Below, in pieces: positions 1 to 13,852 of a DNA stretch of 64,000 bases. The DNA is from Octopus sinensis (lineage: Eukaryota): assembly GCF_006345805.1 (NCBI RefSeq), contig NW_021833641.1:2574-66573 (forward strand), given 5' to 3'. How positions within the stretch are numbered: position 1 is the stretch's first letter; every line of letters begins with the position of its first letter. A model generated the notes under the pieces. It ran no database searches. It was not told the origin of the DNA and worked only from the letters and a program-made list of their open reading frames with translations. Both the position numbers and the translations under genes were made by a program.

Positions 1-190
1 AGTACTCGGCTCGATGTAATCGACTTACTCCCTTACCCTTACCGAAACTGCTGACTTTGGGCTACTCAAGGCGCAAGGCCCGATATTTTTGGGGAGGCGG
101 TGGCCATTCGATTAGATTGACCTCTTTATACAACTGGTACTTAATTTATGGGCCCAGAAAGTATGAAAGGCAAAGTCGACCGTCGCGGAA
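1..190. mobile_element. Degenerate remnants of tRNA-derived SINE family 2, in both orientations
   Basis: Matches to the GATGTAATCGACT and ACTGGTACTTAATTTAT...GAAAGGCAAAGTCGACC blocks found in full copies elsewhere in the window. Confidence 0.5.
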
Positions 191-287
191 ATGCCTATTT
201 GGGTTAAAATTTGAAACCAATATTTACTCGGCTAGCTAAATCCCATACCACTGAAAGAACAGCGTGGTATCCTCTCCAAGGACTGTA

Positions 288-336
288 TAATCGCACATGC
301 ATGTTCCAGCCGGTTAGGTCTCATCAGGAGAATATT
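288..336 (-). ncRNA. Degenerate type-I hammerhead ribozyme motif
   Basis: Minus strand reads CTGATGA-GACC..GGCT-GGAAC-ATGCAT-GT. Core 5' half is intact and stem III is the palindrome ACATGCATGT, but GAAA is mutated to GGAA and stems I and II are damaged. Confidence 0.35.
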
Positions 337-710
337 ATCTAAATTTCAGCTGCGGAGTGGGAATTATGTTTTAGCATAGTGGAAAACGAATTAGGTATAT
401 TTTTATCTGGAGGTAATTTTCATAATTAAAAAATGAAACGAATATAAAGAAAAAAGAGACCTTTAGGAAAATACCTAAGGGGTTTTGTGTCATTAAACTA
501 GATAATTAATTCGAAAAATGTTTATAATGAAATTTTTCTGTTTTCATAACATAATTAATTGGGAGACGGAAAGGCAAAAAAACACGACAACAACTCTCCG
601 TAACACGCAAAAATAGGGAGAGTTAATTACGAAACGTATTGATTAAATTTTCATGTATCGTTAGCAGCTTACACACACATATAATACATACATACATACA
701 TACATACATA

Positions 711-1053
711 AAAAGACCCCCCTTCGGTCATGAATGACCATGGGATTGCACCTAGAAAGTTACCCTCCTAGACACAAGTCCGGGCAAGGTTGTTTATGGA
801 AGACCAGCAGTCGCCCATGCATACCGGTCTTCCCTCTCCACGTCACCAGTGTTATCCAAGGGAAAAGGCAAAAGGGGACGATACAGCTTGGCACCAGTGA
901 CGTCGCAACTCATTTCTACAGCTGAGTGAACTGGAGCAACGTGAAATAAAGTGCTTTGCTCAAGAACACAACACCCAGCCCGGTCCGGGATTCGAGCTCA
1001 CAACCTCACGATCGTAAGCTCGACGCTCTAACCACTGAGCCATGCGCCTTCAC
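711..1053 (-). mobile_element. Near full-length tRNA-derived SINE, family 1 (CORE-like central domain, resembles octopus OR-type SINEs)
   Basis: Minus-strand head GGCGCATGGCTCAGTGGTTAGAGC (A box) ... CTCGAATCCC (B box), then GTGTTCTTGAGCAAAGCACTT...CTCAGCTGTAGAAATG; flanked by (TACA)n. Confidence 0.75.
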
Positions 1054-1087
1054 TACATACATACATACATGCATACATACATACAAA

Positions 1088-1284
1088 CCTATTTCTTTAC
1101 TACCCACAAGGAGCTAAACACAGAGAGGACAAACAAGGGCAGACAAACTGGAATTTAATTTATCGACCCCGAAAGGATGAAAGGCAAAGTTGACCTCGGC
1201 GGAATTTGAACTCAGAACGTAACGGCAGACGAAATACGGTCTACGCATTTCGCCCGGCGTGCTAACGTTTCTGCCAGCTCGCCG
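1088..1284 (-). mobile_element. tRNA-derived SINE family 2, internally deleted
   Basis: Head GGCGAGCTGGCAGAAACGTTAGC, B-box-like GAGTTCAAATTCC, body GCCTTTCATCCTTTCGGGGTCGATAAA; same family as the full copy at 60694-60928. Confidence 0.8.
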
Positions 1285-1483
1285 TCGTACATATATACCT
1301 ACACACACATTGCAGTGAAGGAGTTTCTCTCAAACTCCGAAGTACTTGTTACGTATTCTAACGGTGTCTTTTGTTGAACTGCAAAGTAACAGAGACATAA
1401 ACAAACCAACGCCTACAGTCTAGCTGTGGTATCTGTCAGCACATACAAAGAAACACACACACTCACACAAACGTGCATAATAA

Positions 1484-1539
<56 letters not shown>

Positions 1540-1663
1540 TATATATATACTATATATATATACAACGCATACCAATATATAGAATATAATATATATATAT
1601 AGAAAAATAGAGAGAATCTAGACAAAGAATATGCTGTCTCCTTAACTTCTTGGAGACTTAGGT

Positions 1664-1794
1664 ATAATTATACTAATGAGTACAGCTGTTCTAATTTTAA
1701 TAATTCTATGGCTCTATGCTCTACATTTTAAATTGATGTAACAATTGCATTGTTCAATTAAATGGAGTTGCATGAAACGATCGTACTGCATTAT
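1664..1794 (+). ncRNA. Degenerate type-I hammerhead motif with long stem II loop
   Basis: CTAATGA (1673-1679, G5>A); GTACAGCT/AGTTGCAT imperfect stem II; GAAAC-GATC-GT-A (palindrome ACGATCGT, GUA site at 1783-1785); ATAAT/ATTAT outer stem I. Confidence 0.4.
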
Positions 1795-1859
1795 GTCTAG
1801 ATATCCTTGTTGCTTATTTTGATATACATACATATATATATATATACATAAATACACAC

Positions 1860-1905
<46 letters not shown>

Positions 1906-2229
1906 CGATGCTTTTTTCCAAGGAATCTAATGCTCTCAGCTTAGTTTTTCCGTGGGGCTGGCCAGATTGGAGCAATCTCAAGATTAATCAGCCGAAATTG
2001 CGAGGATTATCCGGTTCTTGACTGAGGATAAAAGGCTTCGAATGACCCGTCCTTGTTTTTTTGTATCGTCTATCTGGATGTTTTGTTGTCCCTTTTTGTA
2101 TCACCTGGCTGTCCGGATACTTTGCCTTCTTGTCCCAATTTGTATCATATATATTTATATATGTATACATTTATTTATACATGTATGATATTGGTTAGTG
2201 ATTGAGTTAACTACAGATGATCATGACAT

Positions 2230-2468
2230 GCATATCTTGATACAGAGACTAAATTCTCTCCTAGTCTGTCTTTCTCCTCCTCTCTCTCCCCCACTTTCCC
2301 CCTCTGTTACCCTTTCTCACTCTATGTTTCTGACGAAGAGCTCCGCTTGAAACGTTATATCCCCCTTCTTTCCTTCCTTTCCTGAGCGTTCAATAACACT
2401 ATACTTGTTCCACGCCCTCGCGTTGTTGTGTTTTCTCTTTGCATTTTCATGTTTGGATTAACTTTATA
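2230..2468 (+). mobile_element. Short non-coding PLE-type element, hammerhead family A
   Basis: Homologous to 28617-28810 and 30335-30540 (minus strand); ends ...GTTTGGATTAACT next to (TA)n. Confidence 0.6.
2326..2361 (+). ncRNA. Minimal hammerhead motif, family A
   Basis: GTTT-CTGACGA-A-GAGC(TCC)GCTT-GAAAC-GTT. Core is intact with an extra A before stem II; stem III is the palindrome AACGTT; the 3' strand of stem I is mutated (ATAT versus AAAC in other copies). Confidence 0.55.
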
Positions 2469-2470
2469 TA

Positions 2471-2817
2471 CACGGTGAGTGAACTATTGTTTAAGTTATA
2501 TACAAAAATAAAAATAACACAGACATCTCATTTTGACAGATATATTTACCACATTTATAGAAAAATAATCACGGAATTATGTTTGTGAACAGGTCGCGGT
2601 CTCAATGCGACGAAAATATTTTGGCAAATTAAATTTAAATGTCGAAGTGAATCTAGCGGATTTTGTGTGTGTTTTGAATGGCTTATAAACACCTTCCACG
2701 CTGCAATTGTATATATATATATATGTGCAGCACATATTTTTGTCAGTGAGCAAGTCGCGATCTCAAAGCGACGAAAATGTGTGTTTTTGAATGGCTTATA
2801 AACACCTGCCACGCTGC

Positions 2818-2858
<41 letters not shown>

Positions 2859-3754
2859 GCAGCACATATTTTTATCAGTGAACAAGTCGCGATCTCAAAG
2901 CGACGAAAATATTTTGGCAAATTAAATTTAAATGTTGAAGTGAATCTAACAGATTTTGTGTGCTCTTAAATTGTTTATAAACACCTTCCACGCTGTAATT
3001 ATTTTTAAATACTAAAGAGTAAATTTATTCAATAAAATCACCATTGGCTTCAACCACGGTCTCCAGACGACTTCTGGATCGCCTGCAAATCTTCTGGACC
3101 GCCTCCTTGTTTATTTATTTTTGCTACAGTCCTTACCTTCAGTTCATCTTTGGTATTACAAGGAGTTGTGTTGGACTGTCGCTCAAATGCGCCCCACATA
3201 TAATATTCAAGAGAGTGACAGTCTGGGGAATCTAGGGGTGATGTGGTTGCAGAAATTGTCTGACTTGGTTATCTTGCTTGCGTGGCATGGTACTGTGTCT
3301 TCTTGCCAGACATAGGTTCATCCAGCAACAAACCCTATTCACCCGGGACAGCACTACCTCCTCCAGGCACTTGATGTAGGCCACTGTGTTGAGTCTAAGG
3401 CCGTGTGGGAAAATGAATGGAGGTATAACTTCGCCATCAATAGTGGCCACTCCAAAAACCTTGTATGTTTAATTTTTATCACTCTCGGTACATATCCTCA
3501 TGTACTGTCGACAGATTGACACCCAAACACTCTGAAGTGTTCGTATTAGTGGCTCGCGGCGCAAATGCGAAGCAACACAGCATGTCTTTTCCAAATTTTG
3601 GCAGAGTGAATTGCATCATGGCGTTGTTTTATTTTTTGACGAAAGGTACCCATCAGACCCTACTATACTATGCGGTCGACAAAATCAAAAGCAAACAATG
3701 CGTATGGTCGATGTTAGAAATATAAAAGGGCGATAATTTACCCATCGCACCCTG
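2471..3754 (-). mobile_element. Internally deleted Tc1/mariner element of maT type
   Basis: Minus-strand peptides DGEVIPPFIFPHGLRLNTVAYIKCLEEVV, WQEDTVPCHAS, DSPDCHSLEYYMWGA and LETVVEANGDFIE*; end TA|CAGGGTGCGATGG at 3754 and degenerate end TA|CACGGTG at 2471. Confidence 0.75.
2580..3000 (+). repeat. Three tandem copies of a ~130-160 bp unit separated by (TA)n, inserted in the maT remnant
   Basis: GTCGC-gatctcaaa-GCGAC-GAAAAT block at 2593, 2754 and 2886; shared TTATAAACACCTTCCACGCTG block. Confidence 0.8.
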
Positions 3755-3759
3755 TATAT

Positions 3760-4440
3760 GTATGCAGTGACCACTGCGACCCTCGCCGCCACCACGTCCA
3801 TAACCACCATGAACATCTCCACCCACAGCCACGACCACCACGACCACCACCACTAAACAACTACAACAACAAGGGCAACAATACAATATCATTCATACCA
3901 CTATGACAGCCAGCAACGCAATTGGCCTCCCCCATCAACATTCACTACAACCACCACCAACAACAACATTACCATTACCACCAACACCACCACCGTCGCT
4001 ACCACTAGCACAACCACTCCTACGGCCACTACGACCACGAAAGTCATCAACTATAGCGCCGTGAAAACCGCCACTATCCCCACCACCACCTCTATCATCG
4101 CAACCACCGCAATCAGAATAATCACCCATACCATTATTGTCACTGTGATCACGATGACATCTACCACCTTCCCAACAACAATCCACCGCCATCACTGCTA
4201 TAGTTTCCGTCACTATCGCCATTATAGCTATCTACCACCACCACCACCACACCACCACCACCACCACCACCACCACCACCACCACCACCACCACCACCAT
4301 CACCACCACCGCCACCACCACCACTACCACCACTACCACCACCACCACCAATACCACCACCACCACCACCACCACCACCGCCAAACCACCACCACACCAC
4401 CACACTACCGCCACCACAACTATTATTTCTACGTCTATTA
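3760..4440. repeat. (CAC/ACC)n-derived low-complexity tract
   Basis: Pure (CAC)n core at about 4235-4390 with decayed flanks. Confidence 0.9.
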
Positions 4441-4589
4441 CATTCTCCTTAATATCACATGACTGATTTAAAATGGCCTCCAAATCAATGGAACAGATTC
4501 TCCATTTTGGTGCTTTGTATAGACACCGCCGCTATTAAATAAACAGCTTACACTGTTGCGGTGTCGTCATAGCAACATCAACACTCTAT

Positions 4590-5290
4590 CACGCACACAT
4601 ACGCACACACACATACACACACGGCCACACACACACAAACAAACAAACGCGAGCGCACCTACAGACACGCACATACAGACACACTCACACATACACTTAC
4701 AAGCACACGCACAAACACGGACACACACACATGCACATACACACATGCACACACACGGACACACACAATGCACACACGGACGCACACACACATGCACACA
4801 CACACGCACACACACGCACACGCACATTCACAAACATGCACTCACGCACTACGGACACAAACACCCATACACACACATGGACGCGCACACCGGTACACAC
4901 TCGGGGATAGACACACTCACACATGCGCACACACATACGGACACAGACACATAAACACATATACCCACGCACACTAACGCACACACACGAACGCCACACA
5001 CACACGACACACACCACACACACACACCACAAACACGCACGCACGCACACATTCGTACTTGTGATAAACATACAAATACAGACGGCTGCTTACAGTAATA
5101 CACACATACTTAACACACACACACATACAGAAATTCACTCTCCTACTCTCATAATCAACACTTACACACACACATACGCACGCATACCCGCACACACAGA
5201 GACACACACGAACGCACGCACACGTTCGTACTCGTGGTATGCATACAAATACTGAAGACTGCTTACAGTTATACACACATACTTAACACA

Positions 5291-5321
<31 letters not shown>

Positions 5322-5620
5322 CAGAAATTCACTCTCCTACTCTCATAATCAACACTTACGCACACACACATGGACACACAGACATGCATACACGCACAAC
5401 GGACAGGCACACCCATACAAGAACACACACACACAGGTACACACACGGACACATAATCCACTCATGCACATATACACACGGACAAACACACATACGCAAG
5501 CATACCTACACACACAGTGGCATACACGAACGCACTTAGGCACACATTAGTACTCGTGATACGCATACAAATACAGGCAGCTGCTTACAGTTATACACAC
5601 ATACTTAACACACACACATA
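4590..5620. repeat. (CA)n-derived region containing three copies of a longer block
   Basis: GTACTcGTGATA..CATACAAATAC...CTGCTTACAGTtATACACACATACTTAAC recurs at about 5055, 5228 and 5550. Confidence 0.8.
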
Positions 5621-6412
5621 CACAAACCAACAGAAATTTACTCTCCTACTCTCATAATCCATACTTACTCAGGCATACACATACAAATATACACACATAC
5701 ACAAACCAACAGAAATTTACTCTCCTACTCTCATAATCCATACTTACTCAGGCATACACATACAAATATACACGCATACACAAACCAACAGAAATTTACT
5801 CTCCTACTCTCATAATCCATACTTACTCAGGCATACACATACAAATATACACACATACACAAACCAACAGAAATTTACTCTCCTACTCTCATAATCCATA
5901 CTTACTCAGGCATACACATACAAATATACACACATACACAAACCAACAGAAATTTACTCTCCTACTCTCATAATCCATACTTACTCAGGCATACACATAC
6001 AAATATACACACATACACAAACCAACAGAAATTTACTCTCCTACTCTCATAATCCATACTTACTCAGGCATACACATACAATATACACACATACACAAAC
6101 CAACAGAAATTTACTCTCCTACTCTCATAATCCATACTTACTCAGGCATACACATACAAATATACACACATACACAAACCACAGAAATTTACATCTCTCT
6201 CCTACTCTCATAATCCATACTTACTCAGGCATACACATACAAATATACACACATACACAAACCAACAGAAATTTACTCTCCTACTCTCATAATCCATACT
6301 TACTCAGGCATACACATACAAATATACACACATACACAAACCAACAGAAATTTACTCTCCTACTCTCATAATCCATACTTACTCAGGCATACACATACAA
6401 ATATACACACAT
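5621..6412 (+). repeat. 79-bp minisatellite, about 10 nearly identical copies
   Basis: Unit CACAAACCAACAGAAATTTACTCTCCTACTCTCATAATCCATACTTACTCAGGCATACACATACAAATATACACACATA starts at 5621, 5700, 5779 and onward. Confidence 0.95.
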
Positions 6413-6577
6413 AAACACACCCTAACAGTTACAGACACTTAAGTAATAACGTATACACACACACATACGTACTGAAACAAACTTACACATTCAAACTCAT
6501 AACCACGCATACACACGCAAACTCTAACTTACAGTCGTACACACATATTTGACACAAAAGCACATGCAAACACACAC

Positions 6578-6912
6578 AGGAGTGGCTGTGTGGTAAGTAG
6601 CTTGTTTACCAACCACATGGTTCCGGGTTCAGTCCCACTGCATGGCACCTTGGGCAAATGTCTTCTACTATAGCCTCAGGCCGACCAAAGCCTTGTGAGT
6701 GGATTTGGTGGACGGAAACTGGAAGAAGCCTGTCGTATATATGTATATAGGTGTATATATATATGTGTGTGTGTGTATGTTTGTGTGTCTGTTTACCCCC
6801 CTCCAAAGTCGCTTGACAACCGATGCTGGTGTGTTTACGTCCTCGTAACTTAGCGGTTCAGCAAAAGACAAGGATAGAATAAGTTCTAGGCTTACAAAGA
6901 ATAAGCTCTGGT
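6578..6912 (+). mobile_element. SINE family 3 (tRNA-like head, CORE-like domain, internal TA/TG microsatellite), 3' truncated
   Basis: AGGAGTGGCTGTGTGGTAAG...GGTTCAGTCCC...CACCTTGGGCAAATGTCTTC...GAAGCCTGTCG(TA/TG)n...GCTTGACAACCGATGCTGG. Confidence 0.85.
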
Positions 6913-6915
6913 GTT

Positions 6916-6987
6916 GAACTGAAACTGCGATCCTGCAATCGCCAGTCGGCTGCCGTAACCACTGGGCCATTGCGCCTCCACAGATGC
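6916..6987 (-). mobile_element. Isolated tRNA-like SINE head, same head type as 25077
   Basis: Minus strand TGTGGAGGCGCAATGGCCCAGTGGTTACGGCAGC. Confidence 0.7.
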
Positions 6988-7249
6988 CTCTCTCTCTCTC
7001 TCTCCCCCCTCTCTCTCTCTCTCACTATATATATATATATGAAATAAAAAAACATGAAATAAAAAACAGAACACAAAGGATGTCGCGGTACACATGTTTC
7101 GAGCTTTACAAAAACAGCTTATTCTTACATCAATGTATAATCGACATAACAGATAGTTTAAAGCCCTCTTCTGCCGCTTGCAATTGCTACACACAAAGAC
7201 TTGTATCACATTATGAAATGTATTATATATATATATGTATATATATATG

Positions 7250-7334
<85 letters not shown>

Positions 7335-7800
7335 CATATATATGTGCGTGTGTGTGTATGTATAAGTAACGTTGAATAATAATCTGTATCTATATGACAA
7401 CATCCCTGGTTCATTACTTTTTAAAGAGTGTATTTCAGTGATAACCCTGAAAAAATTAGAAGTTATTGCTCTTAATATCACATAAATGATAGAACGACTA
7501 AATCATAGAGATAATAAATGTAAAGTTAGTCATACTTAACTCTACAAGACCATATCTATTGCTCTTTACGTAAATGTCACCTGAACGAAATCTATATTAT
7601 ACTGTCTATTTAATGTGCGATATGCTTAATTTTGCTGGTTACAATTACGAATCTTTCCCCACCGCACGCTCTTGGGTCCAGCTACTGTGTGCGGCACTGT
7701 GAGCAGGCGTCTGGATAATACCCTACTAAATTCTGGTGCCTCAACTTAAGTACCATATTCATCTCAACCTAAATTTTTGCAGAACTCATATACCATACCC

Positions 7801-8038
<238 letters not shown>

Positions 8039-8829
8039 GGAATGTAACATCCGGGATATTCGAGGGTTTACTGGAGAGAGAGAGAGGTGGAAGAGATAAG
8101 GAGAGAGAGGTAGAGAGAGTTAGACAAAGAGAAGAAGATGTATATAGAGAGAGACAGACAGATATATGTGTGTGCATGGGTGTGCGTGTGTATATGCCAT
8201 TGCGTCCATCATTGTCCCACCTGACTGCTCTAAAACCGGTGTTGGTTTATTTACGCCCCAGTAAATTGGCGGTTCGACAGTAAAAAGAAGCTGCTAAGAA
8301 CCAGGTTAGAAAAATATTGTGATTGATTTGAGAAACTAAGACATTTTAGTCTTTACTCCAGCACGAAAACATACAAATTCCATGAGATGTTTCCTTTTAA
8401 AGAGGGAATTGATGAGATAGCTATTAAAATGAACACAATTTCTTAGCCTTAATTTCAGGATAAAACCACATAAAACCAATGCAGAGAGATTCTGAAAATA
8501 AAGTTAACTATATCTAACTACTTCAAGCTAAATCGATGCTACCTTAAGTTGGAGCATTTTCACGGAACCTATAGGCTTGGAGTCGCTATTTAAAATGATA
8601 TATATATTTTAATTTTATCAGATGCATTTAAGGTTATAAGTAATGCTGAATAAAATAACGACATACTCTCCATCTCTAGGGCAAGGTCCCGAGCCGTTTA
8701 CCTAAATTTATTGATCTTTAATTTCCAGAGAACGCATAAAATAAAGTTCTCTCTCCTTAAATACAGAACACAAAATCAAAGAGCATTTTTTTTATTACTG
8801 CTTCTACTGGGCTTCATGTAGATCTCGGA

Positions 8830-9095
8830 TGAAAACAAAAATTGTCGGCTATAATAGTGACATTATATTCCTCATATAATTATTCTCTCTGTATTATTTC
8901 ATATCTTGGTGGAATCTTTTTCTTCCTCTGCGCAATATGAATAAGTGACAGAAGGAAAAGCTAGATGTGTTCGGCCGAAGATGCTTCAGAAGTATTCTGG
9001 GCACGTACTGGCATGGTCACATATCCAACGGACACATTCTAAAGACTGACAATACAAGATTATTAAGCGAAATCTTCATAGGACGATGACCGAAA
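8830..9095 (+). mobile_element. RTE-clade LINE fragment, region downstream of the RT core
   Basis: KLDVFGRRCFRSILGTYWHGHISNGHIL resembles the RTE motif KLDAFHRRCLRRILGIxWxDxISNxEV; contains stops. Confidence 0.6.
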
Positions 9096-9112
9096 CTTGA
9101 AAGTAACATACA

Positions 9113-9606
<494 letters not shown>

Positions 9607-9856
9607 TACTACGACTGCCAGGACAACGCCATGCTTATACTGCTTTCAAAAGGACACACGACTCCACTCCGAGTAAACATCACAGATTGAACATTTAAAA
9701 TTAACAACTCAAATACTCCGGTTGTCAGGGTGTTATGTCGCACGTTCGCATGACCTCTACTCAACTCTGCTCTACTACTACTCTGTTCTAGTCTGCTTTC
9801 ACAGCTACTCAAATGTTGTGTGACGACGTCTAGACTTCTCCCTCTATTTCTACTTA

Positions 9857-10090
9857 TTTATTTCTTTATTGCCCACAGGGGGCTAAACATAGAGGGGGAC
9901 AAACAAAGACAGACAAGGGGATTAAGTCGATTATATCGATCCCAGTGATTTACTGGTACTTATTTAATCGACCCCGAAAGGATGAAAGGCAAAGTCGACC
10001 TCGGCGGAATTTGAACTCAGAACGTAGCGGCAGACGAAACACGGCTACGCATTTCACCCGGCGTGCTAACGTTTCTGCCAGCTCGCCGCC
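9857..10090 (-). mobile_element. Full-length SINE family 2
   Basis: Collinear with 60694-60928. Confidence 0.9.
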
Positions 10091-10094
10091 TGGG

Positions 10095-10235
10095 ATAGCC
10101 TATTTCATCGTCTGGTGGCGTCTACATAACACAGGGAAATACCATTCTAAAACTCTTCTCAAATGGACACCACTAGAGAGAAAATAAAATAAAACGAAGA
10201 CCAAGAAATTCATGGCTCAGAATATTCATAACCGA
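10095..10235 (+). mobile_element. RTE-clade C-terminal remnant, probably the continuation of 8830-9095
   Basis: KTLLKWTPLERK then, after a frameshift, RPRNSWLR; resembles ALxWxPxGKRxRGRPRxTW. Confidence 0.45.
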
Positions 10236-10844
10236 TAAGATGGGAGCCAACGGAAACAAACTTACTGCGCAGTGTGCTCAAGAGCACGGATATATGTATA
10301 TGCAACACCAAAAGCCAAACTTTTCTTTTCACATTGACGCCATTTCATCGATGCCGCGAAACGGCTACGACAGACCTTATGTAGAAAATAATATCTCTCG
10401 TGGACTCTTCATTTCCATCCGAATTAAGTATGATAAACACTCTTAACAGAATTTGTGGTAAACTGTCTTTACTTTTAAGCAATAAATACAGTATACAGAG
10501 AGTAAAATACGTCGGGGGTATTGATAGAGCGTCTAGAAGCCATTATTAGAAAAAATAAAACTGTAAAGTGAATTTATGATTTATATCTGAATAAAAAAAG
10601 GTCTGAAGCATAAAATGGATAAACTATATTATTATTATTGGAAATTGATATTATTATATACACACACGGAGATACATACATATATACATACATAAATATA
10701 TATACATACTTACATAAATACATACAAACACATCTGTACATATATATATAATTATATATTATATATATTATATATATAATTATATATTTATGTATATACC
10801 TATATATATACATATATATATATATGTATGTTGTGCGTACACGT

Positions 10845-10877
<33 letters not shown>

Positions 10878-11054
10878 CTACATGTATATATATATTTTTA
10901 TATATATATATATAATATATATATATATATATACATACATATTATATATGTAAAGTTTATGTGTGTGTGTTATATATATATATATAAGATGTGTATATGT
11001 ATTAATATATATAATATATATATCTATATCTATCTATCTATATATATATGTATG

Positions 11055-11085
<31 letters not shown>

Positions 11086-11110
11086 ATATATATGTTTACA
11101 CACACATCAC

Positions 11111-11153
<43 letters not shown>

Positions 11154-11154
11154 A

Positions 11155-11426
11155 TTTAAGTTCACAAAATTACATTCAGAAAAAAAAAAGCTTTCGTACA
11201 TGTTGTCATTTAAGGATATAAGTGCTCAAAGAAGATGAAAAAATGTGTAGATAATAAATAAATAAATAAATAAAACGAATGAATTGAAATAGATGTATAA
11301 AGAAAGAAAGGCAAACTCTTAATAGCTTCAAAAGTGTGGGTGTCGAGGAGGGTGGGAGCAGAAAATAGATACGATTTTTTAATTCGACACGACTAATAGC
11401 TTTATAAATACCTCTCATATTACACC

Positions 11427-11469
<43 letters not shown>

Positions 11470-11958
11470 TTGTTTGTGTGTGTGTGTGTGTGTGTTTATG
11501 TGTGTGTATGTACGTGTATTTTACAAAATATATGCATGCGTAGATGTACTATATATATATATGTATGTATATATATTATATATATATATATATATATTAT
11601 ATATGTTTACACACACACACATATAAATATATATATATATATATATATAGATATATATATATATAATATCTAATTTAAGTTCACAAAATTTCCATTCAGA
11701 AAAAAAAAGCTTTCGTACATGTTGTCATTTAAGGATATAAGTGCTCAAAGAAGATGAAAAAATGTGTAGATAAATAAATAAATAAATAAATAAATAAAGA
11801 TAAAACGAATGAATGAAATAGATGTATAAAGAAAGAAAGGCAAACTCTTAATAGCTTCAAAAGTGTGGGTGTCGAGGAGGGTGGGAAGCAGAAAATAGAT
11901 TACGATTTTTTAATTCGACACGACTAATAGCTTTATAATACCTCTCATATTACACCTA
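11155..11958. repeat. Direct duplication of a ~275-bp unique block and adjacent microsatellite (11155-11428 and 11673-11958)
   Basis: Near-identical sequence differing mainly by 1-nt indels. Confidence 0.9.
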
Positions 11959-12098
11959 TATATATATATATATATATGTGTGTTGTGGTGTGTGTTTGTT
12001 TGTGTGTGTGTGTGTGTGTTTATGTGTGTGGTATGTACGGTATTTTACAAAATATATGCATGCGTAGATGTACTTATATAATGTAGGTATGTAGATAT

Positions 12099-12129
<31 letters not shown>

Positions 12130-12427
12130 TAAACGAGAGAGTAAGAAGATTGAGACAGTTACTTATATACAGGTATTATATGCCTGTGTATAAGTGTGTA
12201 TATATATTAATTTATTCATATATATATATACATATGTATGTGTACATATGAATATATATGTTTGTATATATTTATCTTTATTTCTATCCATCTATCCATA
12301 TAAGGTGCGATTTAATTATATATACAGAGGTAGATTGTTACATAGAGATAGATATTTGTGTATGTCACTACTCATATGTATATACTTACATACATACACA
12401 CACAGACATATATGCAATATATATATG

Positions 12428-12463
<36 letters not shown>

Positions 12464-12501
12464 TTAGAAATAGCTTTAAAAAAGTTTTTTAGCTGCTATT
12501 T

Positions 12502-12623
12502 CTAATGAGTTCAGTATGCGGCAAAGTAATTTATTTTACTAAGCCCTTTTATATAATGTAATAATTTGAATTCGCCTTGAATGGTCCCTTTGCATACTGA
12601 ACACTTGGTGAAATTGATTAATA
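12502..12623 (+). ncRNA. Degenerate hammerhead-like motif
   Basis: CTAATGA; perfect 11-bp stem GTTCAGTATGC/GCATACTGAAC; 7-nt insertion; GAAA-TTGATTAA-T-A (near-palindrome). Stem I is not recoverable. Confidence 0.35.
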
Positions 12624-12926
12624 ATTAATTAATTTTGCCCTCAATTGTTGAAATTATATGTAGACTTATGTATGAATGTATATATATAAGCATATATATA
12701 CATTTTTCTGCGTATGCATATATATGTATGCACAAATGCGTACACACACATGCACACATATATATGTCTCTGTGTGTGTGTTATTACATATGTGTGTTTG
12801 TATGTATGTATGTAATGTATGTAGGTATACGAATAAAATCAGATTTTTGAACAGTATGGTCTTATCAATAAGAACATCAAATAAATGCGTGTAGCATATA
12901 ACTGACAAAGATTCTCTAGTATATAA

Positions 12927-12993
<67 letters not shown>

Positions 12994-13569
12994 AATATAT
13001 ATCCTGAACATCAGTTTCATGAATATTAATACTTCTCGTTCTTTATACACAATTAATAGTAAATTGCTTTGGATATGATTCTACGTAAAGTCGATAAAAA
13101 TAATAACTGTTTTTGAGAACCTTGGAAATTCTAGGTTTCATAAATACAGTGTAGTTTCTATTTAGATGCACCGATTTACGCACGCCTTTATAATGTTAGT
13201 TCATATACTTTGGACGTTACGACCTTGTTATGGATTTTATTTCATCGTTGAGGATTTTTTTCTTTTCTTATTTTTTCCCCCTTCTTATGTAAATGTAATT
13301 CTCGAAGATGAGTTTAGTCTTGAAATACATTTTATAGTAAAAATTATAAGAAGCGTAACGCTCGAACAGATGTCATGACCCACTGGATGAAAGCAACGAC
13401 AGCAGCAAAAATTACATCAGACTGCTTCAAAGGGAATGAGGATACTATCTAGTTTTCGCTCAAGGATAGCAATTTTGAGTAGAGAGTGCAAATGCATTAC
13501 TTCAGTCTCAGTATTTGGCAAGTACTTTCGCTTCTTACACTCTAAATGACTAAAATAATTGTGGGCTTT

Positions 13570-13588
13570 AGTTGCATAAATAATAATG

Positions 13589-13633
<45 letters not shown>

Positions 13634-13692
13634 TATAATAATAATAATATAATAATAAAATAATAATAATAATAATAATAATAAAAATAATA

Positions 13693-13733
<41 letters not shown>

Positions 13734-13761
13734 TAATAATAATAATAATAATGATAATAGA

Positions 13762-13828
<67 letters not shown>

Positions 13829-13850
13829 TAATAATAATAATATTAATAAT
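13570..13850. repeat. (AAT)n microsatellite
   Basis: Direct inspection. Confidence 0.95.
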
Positions 13851-13852
13851 AA

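Noticed and set aside
975-1053. tRNA genes here and at 6916, 25077 and 60694
   Set aside because: The tRNA-like heads run directly into SINE bodies and lack a proper acceptor stem
1940-2050. GGCTG/CAGCC-GAAA and CTGAGGA motifs as hammerheads
   Set aside because: Each lacks half of the catalytic core
5621-6412. CRISPR-like array
   Set aside because: Units are identical end to end with no unique spacers, the context is eukaryotic, and there are no cas genes
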